Shown here: positions 39,507 to 51,211 of the stretch, piece after piece
How the letters are laid out: every line of letters starts with the position of its first letter
Position numbering within the stretch: position 1 is the first letter of the stretch
NCBI GenBank assembly: GCA_964551435.1
Contig: CAZKBS010000009.1
Coordinates: 709 to 64,708, forward strand
Reading direction: 5' to 3'
Length of the DNA: 64,000 nucleotides
From: an uncultured Micavibrio sp.
GTDB lineage: Bacteria > Pseudomonadota > Alphaproteobacteria > Micavibrionales > UBA2020
Notes under the pieces: generated by a model
The model's database searches: none
What the model saw: the letters and a program-made list of their open reading frames with translations, nothing else
Told to the model about the DNA's origin: nothing
Position numbers and translations under genes: made by a program

Positions 39507-41216
39507 ATGGCTGCAGAACCCGCCCGTGTCAACAAACGCATCATCAAGGCGCCGCGTGGCGCGGCGCTGAACGCCAAATCATGGCTGACCGAAGCGCCGC
39601 TGCGCATGCTGATGAACAACCTCGACCCCGATGTCGCGGAAAACCCCGACGAGCTGGTTGTGTATGGCGGCATCGGCAAGGCCGCGCGCAACTGGGAATG
39701 CTTCGACAAAATCGTCGAAACGCTGAAGGGGCTGGAGACCGACGAAACCCTGCTGGTGCAATCGGGCAAGCCTGTTGGTGTTTTCAAAACACACAAAGAC
39801 GCGCCGCGCGTGCTGCTCGCGAATTCCAATCTGGTGCCGAACTGGGCGGACTGGGCGCATTTCCGCGAACTGGATGCCAAGGGCCTGATGATGTACGGGC
39901 AGATGACGGCAGGTTCATGGATTTATATCGGCACGCAGGGCATCGTGCAGGGCACATACGAAACCTTCGTCGAGGTTGGGCGGCGCCATTACAATGGCGA
40001 TCTGAAAGGGAAATGGATTTTGACGGGCGGTCTGGGCGGCATGGGCGGCGCGCAGCCGCTGGCCGCGACCATGGCGGGCGCTTCGATGCTTGCGGTCGAA
40101 TGCCAGATGAGCCGTATCGAGCGCCGCCTTGCAACGCGCTATCTCGATAAAAAAGCAACCTCGCTGGACGAAGCCGTGGCAATGATTCACGCCGCGCACG
40201 CGCAGGGCAAGGCGGTTTCCGTCGGCCTTCTTGGCAACGCGGCAGAGGTATTCCCCGAACTGGTCAAGCGTGCCAAAGCGGATGCGAAATATCGCCCCGA
40301 TGTTGTGACCGACCAGACTTCGGCGCATGATCCGCTGAACGGCTATTTGCCCGCTGGCTGGACATGGGCGGAGGCGGAACAAAAACGCCGCACCACGCCG
40401 GACGAGGTTATTCATGCCGCCAAAACATCCATGAAGGCGCATGTGCAGGCGATGCTGGACTTCTACGCCATGGGTATCCCGACCCTCGACTACGGCAACA
40501 ATATCCGCGCGATGGCAGAGGAAGAGGGGCTTGAAAACGCCTTCGCTTTCCCTGGGTTTGTGCCTGCCTATATCCGCCCGCTGTTCTGCCGCGGCGTGGG
40601 GCCTTTCCGCTGGGTCGCGCTGTCGGGCGACCCTGAAGATATTTATAAAACCGATGCGAAGGTCAAAGAGCTGCTGCCGGATAACAAACATTTGCACAAC
40701 TGGCTGGATATGGCGAAAGAACGTATCCAGTTTCAGGGCTTGCCTGCGCGCATCTGCTGGGTAGGGCTGGGCGACCGCGCGCGCCTCGGCCTTGCTTTTA
40801 ACGAGATGGTAAAAAATGGCGAGTTGAAGGCCCCCGTGGTCATCGGCCGCGACCATCTGGACAGCGGCTCCGTCGCCAGCCCGAACCGCGAAACCGAAGG
40901 CATGCAGGATGGCAGCGATGCCGTATCCGACTGGCCGCTGCTCAACGCGCTTTTGAATACCGCCTCCGGCGCGACGTGGGTGTCGCTGCATCATGGCGGC
41001 GGCGTTGGTATGGGTTTTTCCCAGCATAGCGGCATGGTCGTCGTGGCTGACGGCACGGATGATGCGGCCCGCCGCCTTAAAAACGTGCTGACCAACGACC
41101 CCGGTACCGGCGTGATGCGCCATGCCGATGCAGGATATGATATTGCGATTGATTGCGCGCGTGAAAAAGGCCTGCACCTGCCCATGATTAGCGGTGCGAA
41201 AGGAAACTTAAAATGA
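39507..41216 (+). CDS. hutU: Urocanate hydratase
   Basis: 569 aa with typical urocanase segments ([25 protein letters not shown]). Confidence 0.96.
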   Translation: MAAEPARVNKRIIKAPRGAALNAKSWLTEAPLRMLMNNLDPDVAENPDELVVYGGIGKAARNWECFDKIVETLKGLETDETLLVQSGKPVGVFKTHKDAPRVLLANSNLVPNWADWAHFRELDAKGLMMYGQMTAGSWIYIGTQGIVQGTYETFVEVGRRHYNGDLKGKWILTGGLGGMGGAQPLAATMAGASMLAVECQMSRIERRLATRYLDKKATSLDEAVAMIHAAHAQGKAVSVGLLGNAAEVFPELVKRAKADAKYRPDVVTDQTSAHDPLNGYLPAGWTWAEAEQKRRTTPDEVIHAAKTSMKAHVQAMLDFYAMGIPTLDYGNNIRAMAEEEGLENAFAFPGFVPAYIRPLFCRGVGPFRWVALSGDPEDIYKTDAKVKELLPDNKHLHNWLDMAKERIQFQGLPARICWVGLGDRARLGLAFNEMVKNGELKAPVVIGRDHLDSGSVASPNRETEGMQDGSDAVSDWPLLNALLNTASGATWVSLHHGGGVGMGFSQHSGMVVVADGTDDAARRLKNVLTNDPGTGVMRHADAGYDIAIDCAREKGLHLPMISGAKGNLK

Positions 41217-42754
41217 AAAAGATTGTGATCCAGCCGGGTGAGCTGAGCCTGCCTATTCTGCGTATGGTGGCCAAGCATCACGTTCCCATCGCGCTGAGCC
41301 CCGCGGCGTATAAAAACATCGACCTGTCGCAGCGTCATATTCAGAATATTATCGATGACGGGCAGACGGTTTACAGTATCAATACAGGTTTCGGCGCACT
41401 GGCCAAGGTGCGCATCGCGCCCGAGGATTTCGAAACTCTGCAGCGCAACCTTATCCTGTCGCATGCGACGGGTGTGGGGCGTTTTCTTGATGATGATATC
41501 GTGCGGCTTATTCTACTGCTGAAAATCAATGCGCTGGCGCAAGGGTATTCCGGCGTACGCCGCGAGGTGATTGATTTCCTGATAGAGCTTTACAACCGCG
41601 AGATTTACCCCTGCATTCCCGAAAAGGGCTCGGTCGGCGCATCAGGTGATCTGGCGCCGCTCGCGCATCTGTCGCTGCCGCTGATTGGCGCGGGGCAGGT
41701 GCGTGTGGGCGGTATCCTCAAGGATGCGCGTAACGAAATGAAAAAGCAGGGGTTGAAGCCTTTGCAGCTGGCGCCCAAGGAGGGCCTTGCCTTGATCAAC
41801 GGCACGCAGGTTTCGACGGCGCTGGCGCTGCGTGGGCTTTTCCGTGCCGAAGATTGCTTCGCGGGTGCGGTTGTCGCGGGTGCATTGACGGTCGATGCCG
41901 CCAAAGGCTCCACCACTCCATTTGATCCCGACATCCAGCGGGTGCGCCGCCAGAAAGGCCAGATTGACGTCGCCAAAGTCTACGTTAATCTGCTCAAGGG
42001 CAGCGCCATTCGCAAATCGCACGACACCCCCGATGACCCGAAGGTGCAGGATCCTTACTGCATCCGCTGCATGCCGCAGGTGATGGGTGCGTGTCTGGAC
42101 CATATCCGCTTCGCCGCCGATGTGTTTTTGAGTGAAGCGAATGGCGTGACAGATAATCCGCTGATTTTCCTTGAAACGGGGGAGGTCAAATCGGGCGGCA
42201 ATTTCCATGCGGAGCCTATCGCAATGGCGGCCGACAGTCTCGCCCTCGCTGTTGCCGAAATCGGCAATATGAGCGAGCGCCGCATTGCCATGCTGATTGA
42301 CAGCCGCATGAGCGGCCTGCCGCCGTTTCTGGTCCGCGATGCAGGCGTCAATTCAGGCTTTATGATTGCGCATGTGACGGCGGCGGCGCTGGCCTCCGAA
42401 AACAAGCTTTTGGCGCATCCGGCCTGTGTGGACAGTATTCCGACGTCTGCCAATCAGGAAGACCATGTCAGCATGGCCACGCATGGCGCGCGCCGTTTGA
42501 ACGACATGGCGACCAATACCGCCAATATCGTGGGCATAGAGCTTCTGGCTGCGGCGCAGGGGATTGATTTTCATCTGCCGCTGCAAACCTCCAAGCCGCT
42601 GCAGGATGTGATGCATATTCTGCGCGCGCAGGTGAGCCATTACAGCGAAGATCATTATTTCGCGCCCGATATCCGCATCGCCACGCGGATTGTGGAGGCA
42701 GGGACGTTCCTGCCCTTCCTCGGCCGTAAAACACTGCCGTCTTTCGCGCTGTAA
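41213..42754 (+). CDS. hutH: Histidine ammonia-lyase
   Basis: MIO-forming [19 protein letters not shown] overlap with hutU. Confidence 0.96.
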   Translation: MKKIVIQPGELSLPILRMVAKHHVPIALSPAAYKNIDLSQRHIQNIIDDGQTVYSINTGFGALAKVRIAPEDFETLQRNLILSHATGVGRFLDDDIVRLILLLKINALAQGYSGVRREVIDFLIELYNREIYPCIPEKGSVGASGDLAPLAHLSLPLIGAGQVRVGGILKDARNEMKKQGLKPLQLAPKEGLALINGTQVSTALALRGLFRAEDCFAGAVVAGALTVDAAKGSTTPFDPDIQRVRRQKGQIDVAKVYVNLLKGSAIRKSHDTPDDPKVQDPYCIRCMPQVMGACLDHIRFAADVFLSEANGVTDNPLIFLETGEVKSGGNFHAEPIAMAADSLALAVAEIGNMSERRIAMLIDSRMSGLPPFLVRDAGVNSGFMIAHVTAAALASENKLLAHPACVDSIPTSANQEDHVSMATHGARRLNDMATNTANIVGIELLAAAQGIDFHLPLQTSKPLQDVMHILRAQVSHYSEDHYFAPDIRIATRIVEAGTFLPFLGRKTLPSFAL

Positions 42755-42766
42755 CGGGGGTGTTTC

Positions 42767-43573
42767 ATGCAGGTTCGCCGCTTGATACAGGGCCGCACGC
42801 CGCTACTGGTCAGTATTCCGCATATGGGCACCTATCTGCCCCCCGATATCCGCGCGCGGCTGAATGATACGGGGCGCGCGCTGCCGGATACTGACTGGCA
42901 TCTTGACCGTTTGTATGATTTTGCGGTGGATATGGGGGCGGGCGTTCTGATGTCCACCCATTCGCGCTATGTCGTCGATTTGAACCGCGCGCAGGAAGAT
43001 ACGGATTTGTATCCGGGACAGGTTAAAACGGGGCTCTGCCCGCTGCAAACCTTTGATGGCGAGGATATCTATGCCGAAGGCGAAGCGCCGGACGGTATCG
43101 AGAAGCTGAACCGGATTGCCGCCTATTGGCTCCCCTATCACGAAACGCTGGCGGCGGAGCTTGCGCGCCTCAAATCCGAATACGGCTATGCGATTTTATA
43201 CGACGCCCATTCCATCCGCGCCGAAGTGCCGCGGCTGTTCGACGGGCGGCTGTGGGATTTGAACCTCGGCACGGCGCATGATACCAGCTGCGATGCAGAT
43301 ATGTCGCAGGCGGCTCTGGCGGCGGCGTCATCGGGCGGCTATTCGGCGGTGCTGAACAAACGCTTTGTCGGCGGGTATATCACGCGCGGCTATGGCCGCC
43401 CTGCTGACAATATCCATGCCATCCAGATGGAGCTCATCTGGGATTTATACATGGATAGCGGCGCGCCTTATCATTACCGCGAAGAGAAGGCGGACAGGCT
43501 GAAGCCGGTTTTGACGTCGGTTTTGCAATCGCTGCTCGATTGGGGCAAGGGCCGCTACGGCAATCAAGCTTAG
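42767..43573 (+). CDS. hutG: N-formylglutamate amidohydrolase
   Basis: 268 aa FGase-family pattern ([14 protein letters not shown]). It sits within the hut cluster. Confidence 0.85.
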   Translation: MQVRRLIQGRTPLLVSIPHMGTYLPPDIRARLNDTGRALPDTDWHLDRLYDFAVDMGAGVLMSTHSRYVVDLNRAQEDTDLYPGQVKTGLCPLQTFDGEDIYAEGEAPDGIEKLNRIAAYWLPYHETLAAELARLKSEYGYAILYDAHSIRAEVPRLFDGRLWDLNLGTAHDTSCDADMSQAALAAASSGGYSAVLNKRFVGGYITRGYGRPADNIHAIQMELIWDLYMDSGAPYHYREEKADRLKPVLTSVLQSLLDWGKGRYGNQA

Positions 43574-44793
43574 CCCGCAAATCCGTGCCATTCGCCGTCT
43601 TTAACGACGCCCATGGCAGGATTATTGCCGAAAACATAGCACAAATCGCGCGGATGCGTGATATCCCACAAAACGAAATCGGCAACCTTGCCCACTTCCA
43701 GCGTGCCCAGATGATCTTGCCAGCCAAGGGCGCGCGCAGCGTGGCGGGTCGCCCCAGCCAGCGCCTCTTCGGGTGTCAGGCGGAACAGCGTGCAGGCCAT
43801 ATTCAGCATCAACGGCAACGACAGGCACGGCGATGTGCCAGGGTTATGGTCGGTTGCAATCGCCATGGGCACGCCATGCGCGCGCAGCAAGTCCACAGGC
43901 GGCAACTGCTTTTCGCGCAGAAAATAAAACGCGCCCGGCAGCAGTACGGCGACGGTGCCCGCGGCTTTCATTGCTTTCACGCCATCCTCGTCCAGATATT
44001 CCAGATGGTCGGCAGACAGCGCCTGATACTGCGCGGCCAGCCGTGTGCCATGCAGGTTCGAAAGCTGTTCCGCGTGCAATTTGACGGGCAGGCTCAGAAG
44101 GCGCGCGGCATCGAAAACGCGCTGTACCTGTCCGGTGGAAAAGGCGATATGTTCACAAAAGGCATCGACGGCATCGACCAGCCCTTCGGCCGCGAGGGCG
44201 GGCAGCATGGTTTCGCACACAAGATCAATATAATCATCCGCGCGGTCTTTATATTCCGGCGGCAGTGCGTGCGCCCCCAGAAATGTGCGCTGTACGCGAA
44301 AGCCGTAATCATCGCGCAGGCGCGTGGCCACGCGCAGCAATTTACGCTCGCTGTCGAGGTCGAGGCCGTAGCCGGATTTGATTTCAAAGGACGTCACCCC
44401 CTGCCGGAACAGCGTCAGCAGTCGAAAGAGCGTCTGATCAAAGATTTTATCCTCGGATGTGTCCCGCACGCTCTTGACCGTCGAGGCAATGCCGCCGCCC
44501 GCACGGGCGATATCTTCGTAGGAAACGCCCTGCAGGCGCTGTTCAAATTCATGCGCGCGGCTGCCGGCATAGGCCAGATGGGTATGGCAGTCGATTAGCC
44601 CGGGCGTGGCCCATTTGCCTTCGCCGTCCAGCACGTATTCGGACAGGTTTTCATGCGGCAGCGCCAGTTCTTCCACGGGGCCCAGCCAAGTGACGCGGCC
44701 ATCCTTGATGCCGACGGCAGCGTTATTGATAATCCCGTATCCGGTATCCGCCATGGTGGCGATGTGCAGGTTTTTCCAGAGCGTATCAAACAT
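43570..44793 (-). CDS. hutI: Imidazolonepropionase
   Basis: GLIDCHTHL and amidohydrolase-fold motifs. Start at [10 protein letters not shown] (the track ORF starts 20 codons upstream). Confidence 0.93.
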   Translation of the reverse strand: MFDTLWKNLHIATMADTGYGIINNAAVGIKDGRVTWLGPVEELALPHENLSEYVLDGEGKWATPGLIDCHTHLAYAGSRAHEFEQRLQGVSYEDIARAGGGIASTVKSVRDTSEDKIFDQTLFRLLTLFRQGVTSFEIKSGYGLDLDSERKLLRVATRLRDDYGFRVQRTFLGAHALPPEYKDRADDYIDLVCETMLPALAAEGLVDAVDAFCEHIAFSTGQVQRVFDAARLLSLPVKLHAEQLSNLHGTRLAAQYQALSADHLEYLDEDGVKAMKAAGTVAVLLPGAFYFLREKQLPPVDLLRAHGVPMAIATDHNPGTSPCLSLPLMLNMACTLFRLTPEEALAGATRHAARALGWQDHLGTLEVGKVADFVLWDITHPRDLCYVFGNNPAMGVVKDGEWHGFAG

Positions 44794-44864
44794 GGCTTGG
44801 CCTTTTGTGGGGTCGGATATACATTTATAAAAGATTTTTTGGCCAAGGAACATGGAATACCCGC

Positions 44865-46247
44865 ATGACCACGATTTTCGCCCCGCAAGCGCTGTTGCCC
44901 GATGGCTGGGCCGATAACGTCCTTATCGAATGTGACAAGGACGGCTGGATTGTCGGCGTGGACAGTTTCAAATCGGCCGCGCCTTCGGGTGGTGATGTGG
45001 ATATTGTGGCGGGGCCGCTGGTGCCGGGGATGCCGAACGTGCATTCCCATGCTTTCCAGCGGGCGATGGCAGGCCTGACGGAGCGTGCGAGCGGCAAGAA
45101 AGATAACTTCTGGAGCTGGCGCGAAACCATGTACCGCTTCCTCGCCTTCCTGACGCCGGAGGATATGGAGGCGCTGGCCGCCCATGTCTATATCGAGATG
45201 CTGAAGGCCGGATATACCACCGTGGGTGAATTTCACTATATCCACCACGATGCCGCTGGAAAGCCCTATGCCGACCCCGCCGCGATGTCGCGCCAGATGA
45301 TCCGCGCGGCGCTTGAAACCGGTATCGGTATCACGCATATGCCTGTGCTGTATGCGCATGGCGGCTTTGGCGAAAAACCCCCTGCCGAGGGGCAAAAGCG
45401 TTTTATTAGCGATGTGGGCGGCGTGATGCGGATTGTCGAAAATCTGTATGGCGAATTCGGCGGCGTGCCGCAGGTCACCATCGGTTTCGCCCATCACTCC
45501 CTGCGTGCGGTATCGCCCGCGATGCTGCGCGAAGGCACGGCGGCGGTGCGAAAACTGCTGCCGGATGCGCCCATTCATATCCACGCCGCCGAACAAACGG
45601 CGGAGGTGGAGGGCTGCCTTGAATGGGCAGGCAAACGGCCTGTCGAATGGTTGCTTGAAAATGCCGCGCCGGATGAAAAATGGTGCTTTATCCACTGCAC
45701 GCATATGACGGCGGAAGAAACCGCGGCACTGGCGGCATCTGGCGTTGTGGCGGGTTTGTGCCCGACCACCGAAGCGAATTTAGGCGACGGCGTTTTTCCG
45801 CTGGTGGATTATTTTCAGGCAGGCGGACGCTTCGCGATCGGCTCCGACAGTCATATCAGCGTGAATATGGTCGAAGAGTTGCGCTGGCTCGAGTACGTGC
45901 AGCGGCTTTTGCGCCGCGAACGCACGATTATCAAAGACCATGAATTGCCGTCCGTCGGCGCGATGCTGTTTGAAAAGGCGACGCAGGGCGGGGCGCAGGC
46001 GCTGGGCCGTAAATGCGGGCGCATTGAAATCGGCCACCGCGCCGATTTCGTCGTGCTTGACCCTGACATGGGCGTGATGACGGGCAAGCTGCGCGATCAT
46101 ATTCTTGATACCGCGATTTTTGCGGCCAGCCGCAACCCCGTCAAAGACGTCATGGCCGGCGGGCGCTGGGTGGTGCAAAACGGCCATCACAAACGCGAGG
46201 AGCAAAGCCGCGCCCGTTTCCGCGAAGTACTGGCGAAGCTCACGTAA
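44865..46247 (+). CDS. hutF: Formimidoylglutamate deiminase
   Basis: Amidohydrolase with [14 protein letters not shown]. About 460 aa, divergent from hutI. Start at MTTIFAPQ. Confidence 0.87.
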   Translation: MTTIFAPQALLPDGWADNVLIECDKDGWIVGVDSFKSAAPSGGDVDIVAGPLVPGMPNVHSHAFQRAMAGLTERASGKKDNFWSWRETMYRFLAFLTPEDMEALAAHVYIEMLKAGYTTVGEFHYIHHDAAGKPYADPAAMSRQMIRAALETGIGITHMPVLYAHGGFGEKPPAEGQKRFISDVGGVMRIVENLYGEFGGVPQVTIGFAHHSLRAVSPAMLREGTAAVRKLLPDAPIHIHAAEQTAEVEGCLEWAGKRPVEWLLENAAPDEKWCFIHCTHMTAEETAALAASGVVAGLCPTTEANLGDGVFPLVDYFQAGGRFAIGSDSHISVNMVEELRWLEYVQRLLRRERTIIKDHELPSVGAMLFEKATQGGAQALGRKCGRIEIGHRADFVVLDPDMGVMTGKLRDHILDTAIFAASRNPVKDVMAGGRWVVQNGHHKREEQSRARFREVLAKLT

Positions 46248-46381
46248 ATATACATAATCAGATAATTATCGTAATAATTATGCCGCATCGGACGCATTTT
46301 TTGTGCGATAGCGGCTGGTCATGCGCGGACTCTTTTCCTAATATCTAATTCTTGCAAAAAAGAATCAGGAGTTACCCCGCG

Positions 46382-47584
46382 ATGGATTTGCGCATACCCC
46401 GCACGCCCGAAGACGATGCCGGCGGCCCGCCGCTCAACCTTGCCGCGGCGATTGCCGAATTCTATACGGAATTCCCCGAACATCAGAACGATGTATTCAT
46501 CCTCAACCATCAGGCGCATGCGCGCGGCCGCGACGCCGTCGATAGCATCGCGCCGCAGATCGCCGCGCTCCAGCAGCGCCATCCGGAAGCAAAAACCTCC
46601 ATGGCGAAATCAATGGCGCTGGGCGGGTTCGAAGGCAAGCTGCCGATGAGCGTGAATATTTCTGAATCCATGTTCAACCAGAAAGCCGAAAGCGTGATTT
46701 ACGGACGCATCGTTATTCCGGCGGGCGACCAGTTCAGCGCGACGCTGCTGAAGTCCATTTTCGTGGCAGGCGACCACCAGCCCAACAGCCGTTTTCCGAC
46801 GATGGCTGCGGAATATAACAATACCGAAATGTGGCAGCGCTACGTGCTTGACCATGAACTTGGCCATGCGGTGACCATGCTCAAAATCAACAAACAAAGC
46901 ATGAAAACCAGCAGCTTCGGCAACAAAGCCGAATGCGAGGCCGATGCCTATGCGATGATACGCCACTATCAGCGTTACGGCAGCCAGAGCACATTCCCCG
47001 AATATGTGCGCGATCTGCGTAACATGAACGCGGTGCATAAAATGGACGTCACGCACTGGACGTCACGCGCCGTACAGCAGGTGATTGACCTTAACAAACA
47101 GGGCCAGCTGCAAAATCTGACGCCGCAGCAGGCGCGCGATCTTGCTGTTAAAATTGCCGAACAAACGCATTTGTCCACCGATGCCGAAAGCAATATCGGC
47201 CAGGCGTTCAAACCGCTGGTGATGGCGATGGCTTCGAAAAAATTGCCGGAAGGTGATCGCGTGATGACCTTGATCGAATCTGCGGCGCGCATTGGCGCCG
47301 AAACGCAATCGCCCGCGGTGCTGGAAATTTGCAAACTCTACATCCAGCGTATCGGTCATTATGCGCCGCCTCAGCTGCCGCAAACCAAAACGCCGGAGGC
47401 TTTGCGCGCCATGGCGGAAAACGTGAAGGCGATGTCCACCCGCGTCTTGCAAAGCGAACCGGTCGTCACTGGCCTTGGCCGCATTTTCCGTGACGCGATG
47501 ATCGATGCGCAGTCCGGCGCGCACCGCCCGCCGCCGAACGATAACCGCAAGCAGCCGCCAAAACCGCCCAAGCCGCCGCGCTAA
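46382..47584 (+). CDS. Hypothetical protein with HExxH zinc-metallopeptidase-like motif
   Basis: GGAG RBS lies 8 nt before ATG 46382. VLDHELGHAV motif, with ECEADAYAM downstream. No signal peptide. C-terminal KQPPKPPKPPR tail. Confidence 0.55.
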   Translation: MDLRIPRTPEDDAGGPPLNLAAAIAEFYTEFPEHQNDVFILNHQAHARGRDAVDSIAPQIAALQQRHPEAKTSMAKSMALGGFEGKLPMSVNISESMFNQKAESVIYGRIVIPAGDQFSATLLKSIFVAGDHQPNSRFPTMAAEYNNTEMWQRYVLDHELGHAVTMLKINKQSMKTSSFGNKAECEADAYAMIRHYQRYGSQSTFPEYVRDLRNMNAVHKMDVTHWTSRAVQQVIDLNKQGQLQNLTPQQARDLAVKIAEQTHLSTDAESNIGQAFKPLVMAMASKKLPEGDRVMTLIESAARIGAETQSPAVLEICKLYIQRIGHYAPPQLPQTKTPEALRAMAENVKAMSTRVLQSEPVVTGLGRIFRDAMIDAQSGAHRPPPNDNRKQPPKPPKPPR

Positions 47585-47601
47585 ACCGGCGAATATTTTG
47601 G

Positions 47602-48378
47602 TTAAATCAGATGCTGCCGGCACCAGAGCATGATGGTTTCGACGACCAGAAGCGCGTCATCGGCGCGGTTTTCGAATAAATGCGTGGCGTCGTCATCAAG
47701 GCGGATCAGTTCCGCCTCCGCCTTTTTTGCCGCCCGCGCCACGATGGTTTCTGCATTGTCGTAGCTGACGATGCGGTCATGCGGGGCGTGGAACACCATC
47801 AGTTTTTGCGTGAGTGCCGCCGTATCTTCGGCGACGCGCTGCGACAGCATATCGGGCACAAAATGTGCGCCGAAATGGTGCGGCGTGCCGAGCACATTGA
47901 TGGTCGCACCTGCTGCCGTTTCCTCGATATCGCCGTTACGGCGGAATTTGGCGATAATCGCTGCCGGGTCGGCGGGAGAGCCGATGGTGGCAACCAACCC
48001 AACCGCAGGCATCTGCTGAACGGCGGATAATGCCGCCGTGCCGCTGATGCTGTGGCCGATGAGTATTTTCGGTGCGGCGTATTCTGCGGCCAGAAAATCA
48101 TAGGCGGCGCGCATATCGCCAAGGCGGGTGGTGAAATTGGTATCGACGGCCTTTCCTTCGCTGCCGCCGACGCCCGTGACATCGAAACGCAGCATGGCGA
48201 CGCCGTCTTCTGCCAGGGCGCGGCAGACTTTGGCCGCCGCATGGGTTTCCTTGGGGCAGGTGAAACAGGGGCCGAAAATGCCATAGAACAGTGGCGCGTC
48301 TGCGGGCGCGTCCAGAATGCCCGACAGCATCTGTCCGCGTCCGTTAGGAAATGTGATTTTTGTGCTTGTGCGTGTCAT
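47602..48378 (-). CDS. Alpha/beta hydrolase
   Basis: Nucleophile elbow GHSISG; about 258 aa from MTRTSTKITF. Confidence 0.72.
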   Translation of the reverse strand: MTRTSTKITFPNGRGQMLSGILDAPADAPLFYGIFGPCFTCPKETHAAAKVCRALAEDGVAMLRFDVTGVGGSEGKAVDTNFTTRLGDMRAAYDFLAAEYAAPKILIGHSISGTAALSAVQQMPAVGLVATIGSPADPAAIIAKFRRNGDIEETAAGATINVLGTPHHFGAHFVPDMLSQRVAEDTAALTQKLMVFHAPHDRIVSYDNAETIVARAAKKAEAELIRLDDDATHLFENRADDALLVVETIMLWCRQHLI

Positions 48379-48409
48379 GGCGCGATTATAAATAAAACCA
48401 AAAGCCGCA

Positions 48410-48444
48410 AGCAATAAAAATGCTTGCGGCTTTGGTGTATCAAT
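48410..48444 (-). terminator. Intrinsic terminator after LTxxQ-repeat gene
   Basis: A 12-bp stem AAGCCGCAAGCA/TGCTTGCGGCTT with a T-rich tail on the minus strand. Confidence 0.65.
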
Positions 48445-48455
48445 CAGTAGGGGTA

Positions 48456-49118
48456 TTATTCGGCAGCGGGCATCGCTTCTTCGGTTTTGGCGGGGGCGGC
48501 ATCTGTGCTGCTGCCTTCCGCTTTTCCGCCTTTGCGGAATTCGCCGCGCTTTTTGAACTCGCCATCTTTGCCTTTATAGTCGCCCCATTTGCCGCCGCGC
48601 TTTTCAACGCGCTCGCGCATTTTCTTTTTGAAGGCTTCCTGCTCTTCTGGGCTCATGCTTTCAAATTTGGCTTTTTGTTCCTGATGCCACTGTTCACGCA
48701 GCTTTTTATGGCGCTCTTTCAGTGCGGCTTTTTGCTCGTCGCTGAGGGCGTCATACGATGCGCGGGCTTTTTCACGGGCAGCCTGTTTGTCCGCATCGCT
48801 CATGGCCTCCCACGATTTGCGTTTCTCATCCATATAAGCCTGACGCTGTTCGGCGTTCATGCCTTCGAGTTTGGAGAGTTCCTCCTCGCTCGGGATGGCG
48901 AAGCCGCGGCCGCCTTTGACGCTTTTTTCACCTTTGGCGCGGCGCTCTTTTTTCCAGTTCTTGTCGCCGCCGGAAGCAGCATCTTCGGCTTTTTCGGCGC
49001 TCTTGGCCTGTTCCTGCGGTGCGGTGTCTTCCGCGGCTGCAACGGACGAAAAAGCAAGGCCGAAGGTCAGCGCCAGCGCGGGCAGCGAAGCAATCATCAG
49101 GGGGGCTTTGAAGAACAT
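48456..49118 (-). CDS. Exported, highly charged LTxxQ-repeat protein (Spy/CpxP/ZraP-like)
   Basis: Signal peptide, then four motifs MNAEQRQA, MSDADKQA, LSDEQKAA and MSPEEQEA in a K/E-rich helical sequence. AAGGAG RBS. Divergent from the ECF sigma gene. Confidence 0.6.
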   Translation of the reverse strand: MFFKAPLMIASLPALALTFGLAFSSVAAAEDTAPQEQAKSAEKAEDAASGGDKNWKKERRAKGEKSVKGGRGFAIPSEEELSKLEGMNAEQRQAYMDEKRKSWEAMSDADKQAAREKARASYDALSDEQKAALKERHKKLREQWHQEQKAKFESMSPEEQEAFKKKMRERVEKRGGKWGDYKGKDGEFKKRGEFRKGGKAEGSSTDAAPAKTEEAMPAAE

Positions 49119-49365
49119 ATTTATTACTCCTTTGATTTATATAGAAATTCTTTTGGCGGTTGTTGTGCGCCTTCCCCTATGTCACGAGGCTACGGAACAA
49201 ACCATGCGCGAAAAAGGTTTAAAAAAACGTGCCTATATCATACATAAAAACCAGCGCCCGCGCAGGATTTTACGGGGGGCTTCGTGCCAAAAATGGTATA
49301 GGCCCGAACGCCGCAAAACCCCAGGGGGCATATCAGTGTTGCAGCTCAGACCTTCGGACAGGCGG

Positions 49366-49974
49366 ATGCAGGAGCCTTTGAACATAACCCAAAGCATGGA
49401 CGAGGCCCGTGATGACGCCCAGCTCATGTCCCGTATCGCCGCTGGCGACCAGCGTGCCCTGCAGGCGCTTATGCAGCGCCATCTGGGCCGCACCGTTCGT
49501 CTGGCCGCGCGCTTGCTCGGTAGCACGGCCGCCGCAGAGGATGTGGCGCAGGACGCCTTCATCCGCGTCTGGAAACACGCTGACCGCTGGCAAGACCCGG
49601 ACGAGGCGGGCGCCAAATTTTCAACCTGGCTTTACCGCATCGTGCTTAACCTCTGCATTGACGAGAAGCGAAAAAAGACTTTCGGCAATATCGATGACGT
49701 GCCCGAACAAGCCGATAGCACACCCGACGCCGAACGCCAGATGCAGCGGCGCGAACAATCCGCGCGCGTGCAGGCTGCGCTTGCCGAACTGCCGGAGCGT
49801 CAGCGCGCCGCTTTCGTTTTGTGCTTTTACGAAGATTTTTCAAACCGCGAAGCCGCGGACATGCTGGGTATCAGCGTCAAGGCGCTGGAGTCCCTGCTGG
49901 TGCGGGCCCGCAAAACCCTGCGCGACCTTTTGCAGGGCGAGCGGGACGGCAGCGAACAAAGCATCGGGGGATAA
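49366..49974 (+). CDS. ECF-type RNA polymerase sigma factor
   Basis: Region 2 (EDVAQDAFIRVWKHADRW, FSTWLYRIVLN) and region 4 (LPERQRAAFVLCFYEDFSNREAADMLGISVKALESLL). The start is ambiguous (49336 GTG, 49366 or 49396 ATG). Confidence 0.88.
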   Translation: MQEPLNITQSMDEARDDAQLMSRIAAGDQRALQALMQRHLGRTVRLAARLLGSTAAAEDVAQDAFIRVWKHADRWQDPDEAGAKFSTWLYRIVLNLCIDEKRKKTFGNIDDVPEQADSTPDAERQMQRREQSARVQAALAELPERQRAAFVLCFYEDFSNREAADMLGISVKALESLLVRARKTLRDLLQGERDGSEQSIGG

Positions 49975-49977
49975 GCC

Positions 49978-50439
49978 ATGATGACACGCGAAGAGATGAA
50001 TGAACTGCTGGACATATATAGTGCCGATTTGTCGCGCTGGCCGCAGGACAAGATGAAAGACGCGCTGACGTTGACGCAGCACGATGGCGCCGCCCGCGCC
50101 GATTTCGATGCCGCGCTGGCGCTCGAACAAACGCTGCGCGGTTATGCCCCCGCGCAGGCAAAGCTGGATGTGCTCGAAGCGCGTATTCTGGCGGCTGTAG
50201 ATGATATACCGTCCGCGGCAACGTCTGCGGGGAAGCGGGCATCTGAAGGCGGTTTTTTCCGCTGGCGTCCGGCGTATATTTTCGCCCCTTCTGGCGGCTT
50301 GCTTGCGGCGGCGGTTTTTGGTTTTATCGTGGGCATGCAGCCTGCGGTAAAGCAGGAGCATCTGATGAATCCGGTTTATTATCAAACCGAACAGATTTTG
50401 GCGGATGACAGCGCGCTTTATGACGGGAGAATTTTCTAA
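49978..50439 (+). CDS. Putative single-pass anti-sigma factor
   Basis: Lies immediately after the sigma gene with a 3-nt gap. It has a cytoplasmic helical N-terminal region and one TM helix (LLAAAVFGFIVG). No zf-HC2 motif. Confidence 0.5.
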   Translation: MMTREEMNELLDIYSADLSRWPQDKMKDALTLTQHDGAARADFDAALALEQTLRGYAPAQAKLDVLEARILAAVDDIPSAATSAGKRASEGGFFRWRPAYIFAPSGGLLAAAVFGFIVGMQPAVKQEHLMNPVYYQTEQILADDSALYDGRIF

Positions 50440-51129
50440 ATGAAACAGCAAAAACTGACCATCGTGCTGGCCGCCGCGCTGTTTTTATCGCTGTCGGTAA
50501 ACTTCTTTCTGGCCGGATTGATGATTGGCGATGCCGTCACGCCTGCGGCGGCCCCCGGGGGAAAAGAGGCTTCTCGCAGTGCCGACAACCGCGACAGCCG
50601 CCGCGCCGAATGGCAGAAGCGTGAACAGCAACTGCATGCGGCACTGAATGACGCCGACCGCGAGATCATGCTGACGGTCAAACAGAAATACGATCCGCTG
50701 TTCAACGAACTGCGCGCGGATCTGGACAAGGCGCGTGCAGCCGTTGCCGCCGCGATGGAAGCCGAGCCGGTGGATGAAGCCATATTGGACGATGCCATCG
50801 CGGCAGAGGCGGCGATTAAATCCCGCATTTTGCAGGAAATGACGGCGGCGCGTATCCAGACGTTGGAACAGCTGTCCCCCGAAGGCCGCAAGCTTTTGCG
50901 TGAAATGATGCCCGCGCGCCGCGGCTTTGGCCGCGGCGGGGAAGACCGTCCGCGTCGGCCCGAAGGCCGCCGCCCGCCGCCGCCCCCGCACGGGGCGAAA
51001 AACGCGGATATGCCGCCGCAAGGTGGGCCTGTGCCTGACGCGGGGGATGCGCCCGATGTTCCGGATATGCCGCCCGAAGTGCGCGAAGAGCTGCAATTGC
51101 CTGCGATGCCGCAGCCGGAGGCGCCGTAA
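50440..51129 (+). CDS. Periplasmic Spy/CpxP-like (heavy-metal-sensor-like) protein with Pro-rich tail
   Basis: Abuts the anti-sigma stop. It has an N-terminal anchor, helical LNDADREI / LSPEGRKLL motifs, and an Arg/Pro-rich C-terminus. Confidence 0.5.
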   Translation: MKQQKLTIVLAAALFLSLSVNFFLAGLMIGDAVTPAAAPGGKEASRSADNRDSRRAEWQKREQQLHAALNDADREIMLTVKQKYDPLFNELRADLDKARAAVAAAMEAEPVDEAILDDAIAAEAAIKSRILQEMTAARIQTLEQLSPEGRKLLREMMPARRGFGRGGEDRPRRPEGRRPPPPPHGAKNADMPPQGGPVPDAGDAPDVPDMPPEVREELQLPAMPQPEAP

Positions 51130-51211
51130 GCACGGGGCAGGGGCTTGCCTTTCTGCTGGAATTATTGCTATCATCTTGAAAAATAATCCCAAAACAACGG
51201 AGTACCTTGCC

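Noticed and set aside
36959-44598. Antisense or alternative-frame ORFs over lpdA (585 aa), hutU (420 aa), hutH (188 aa) and hutI (352 aa)
   Set aside because: They overlap confidently identified genes and have biased, low-information composition.
49194-49222. GGAAC followed 17 nt later by GGTTT upstream of the ECF sigma gene (possible autoregulated ECF promoter)
   Set aside because: The -10 element does not match common ECF consensus (CGT/GTC-type). It lies ~170 nt from the start codon, and no second copy was found upstream of the neighbouring genes.
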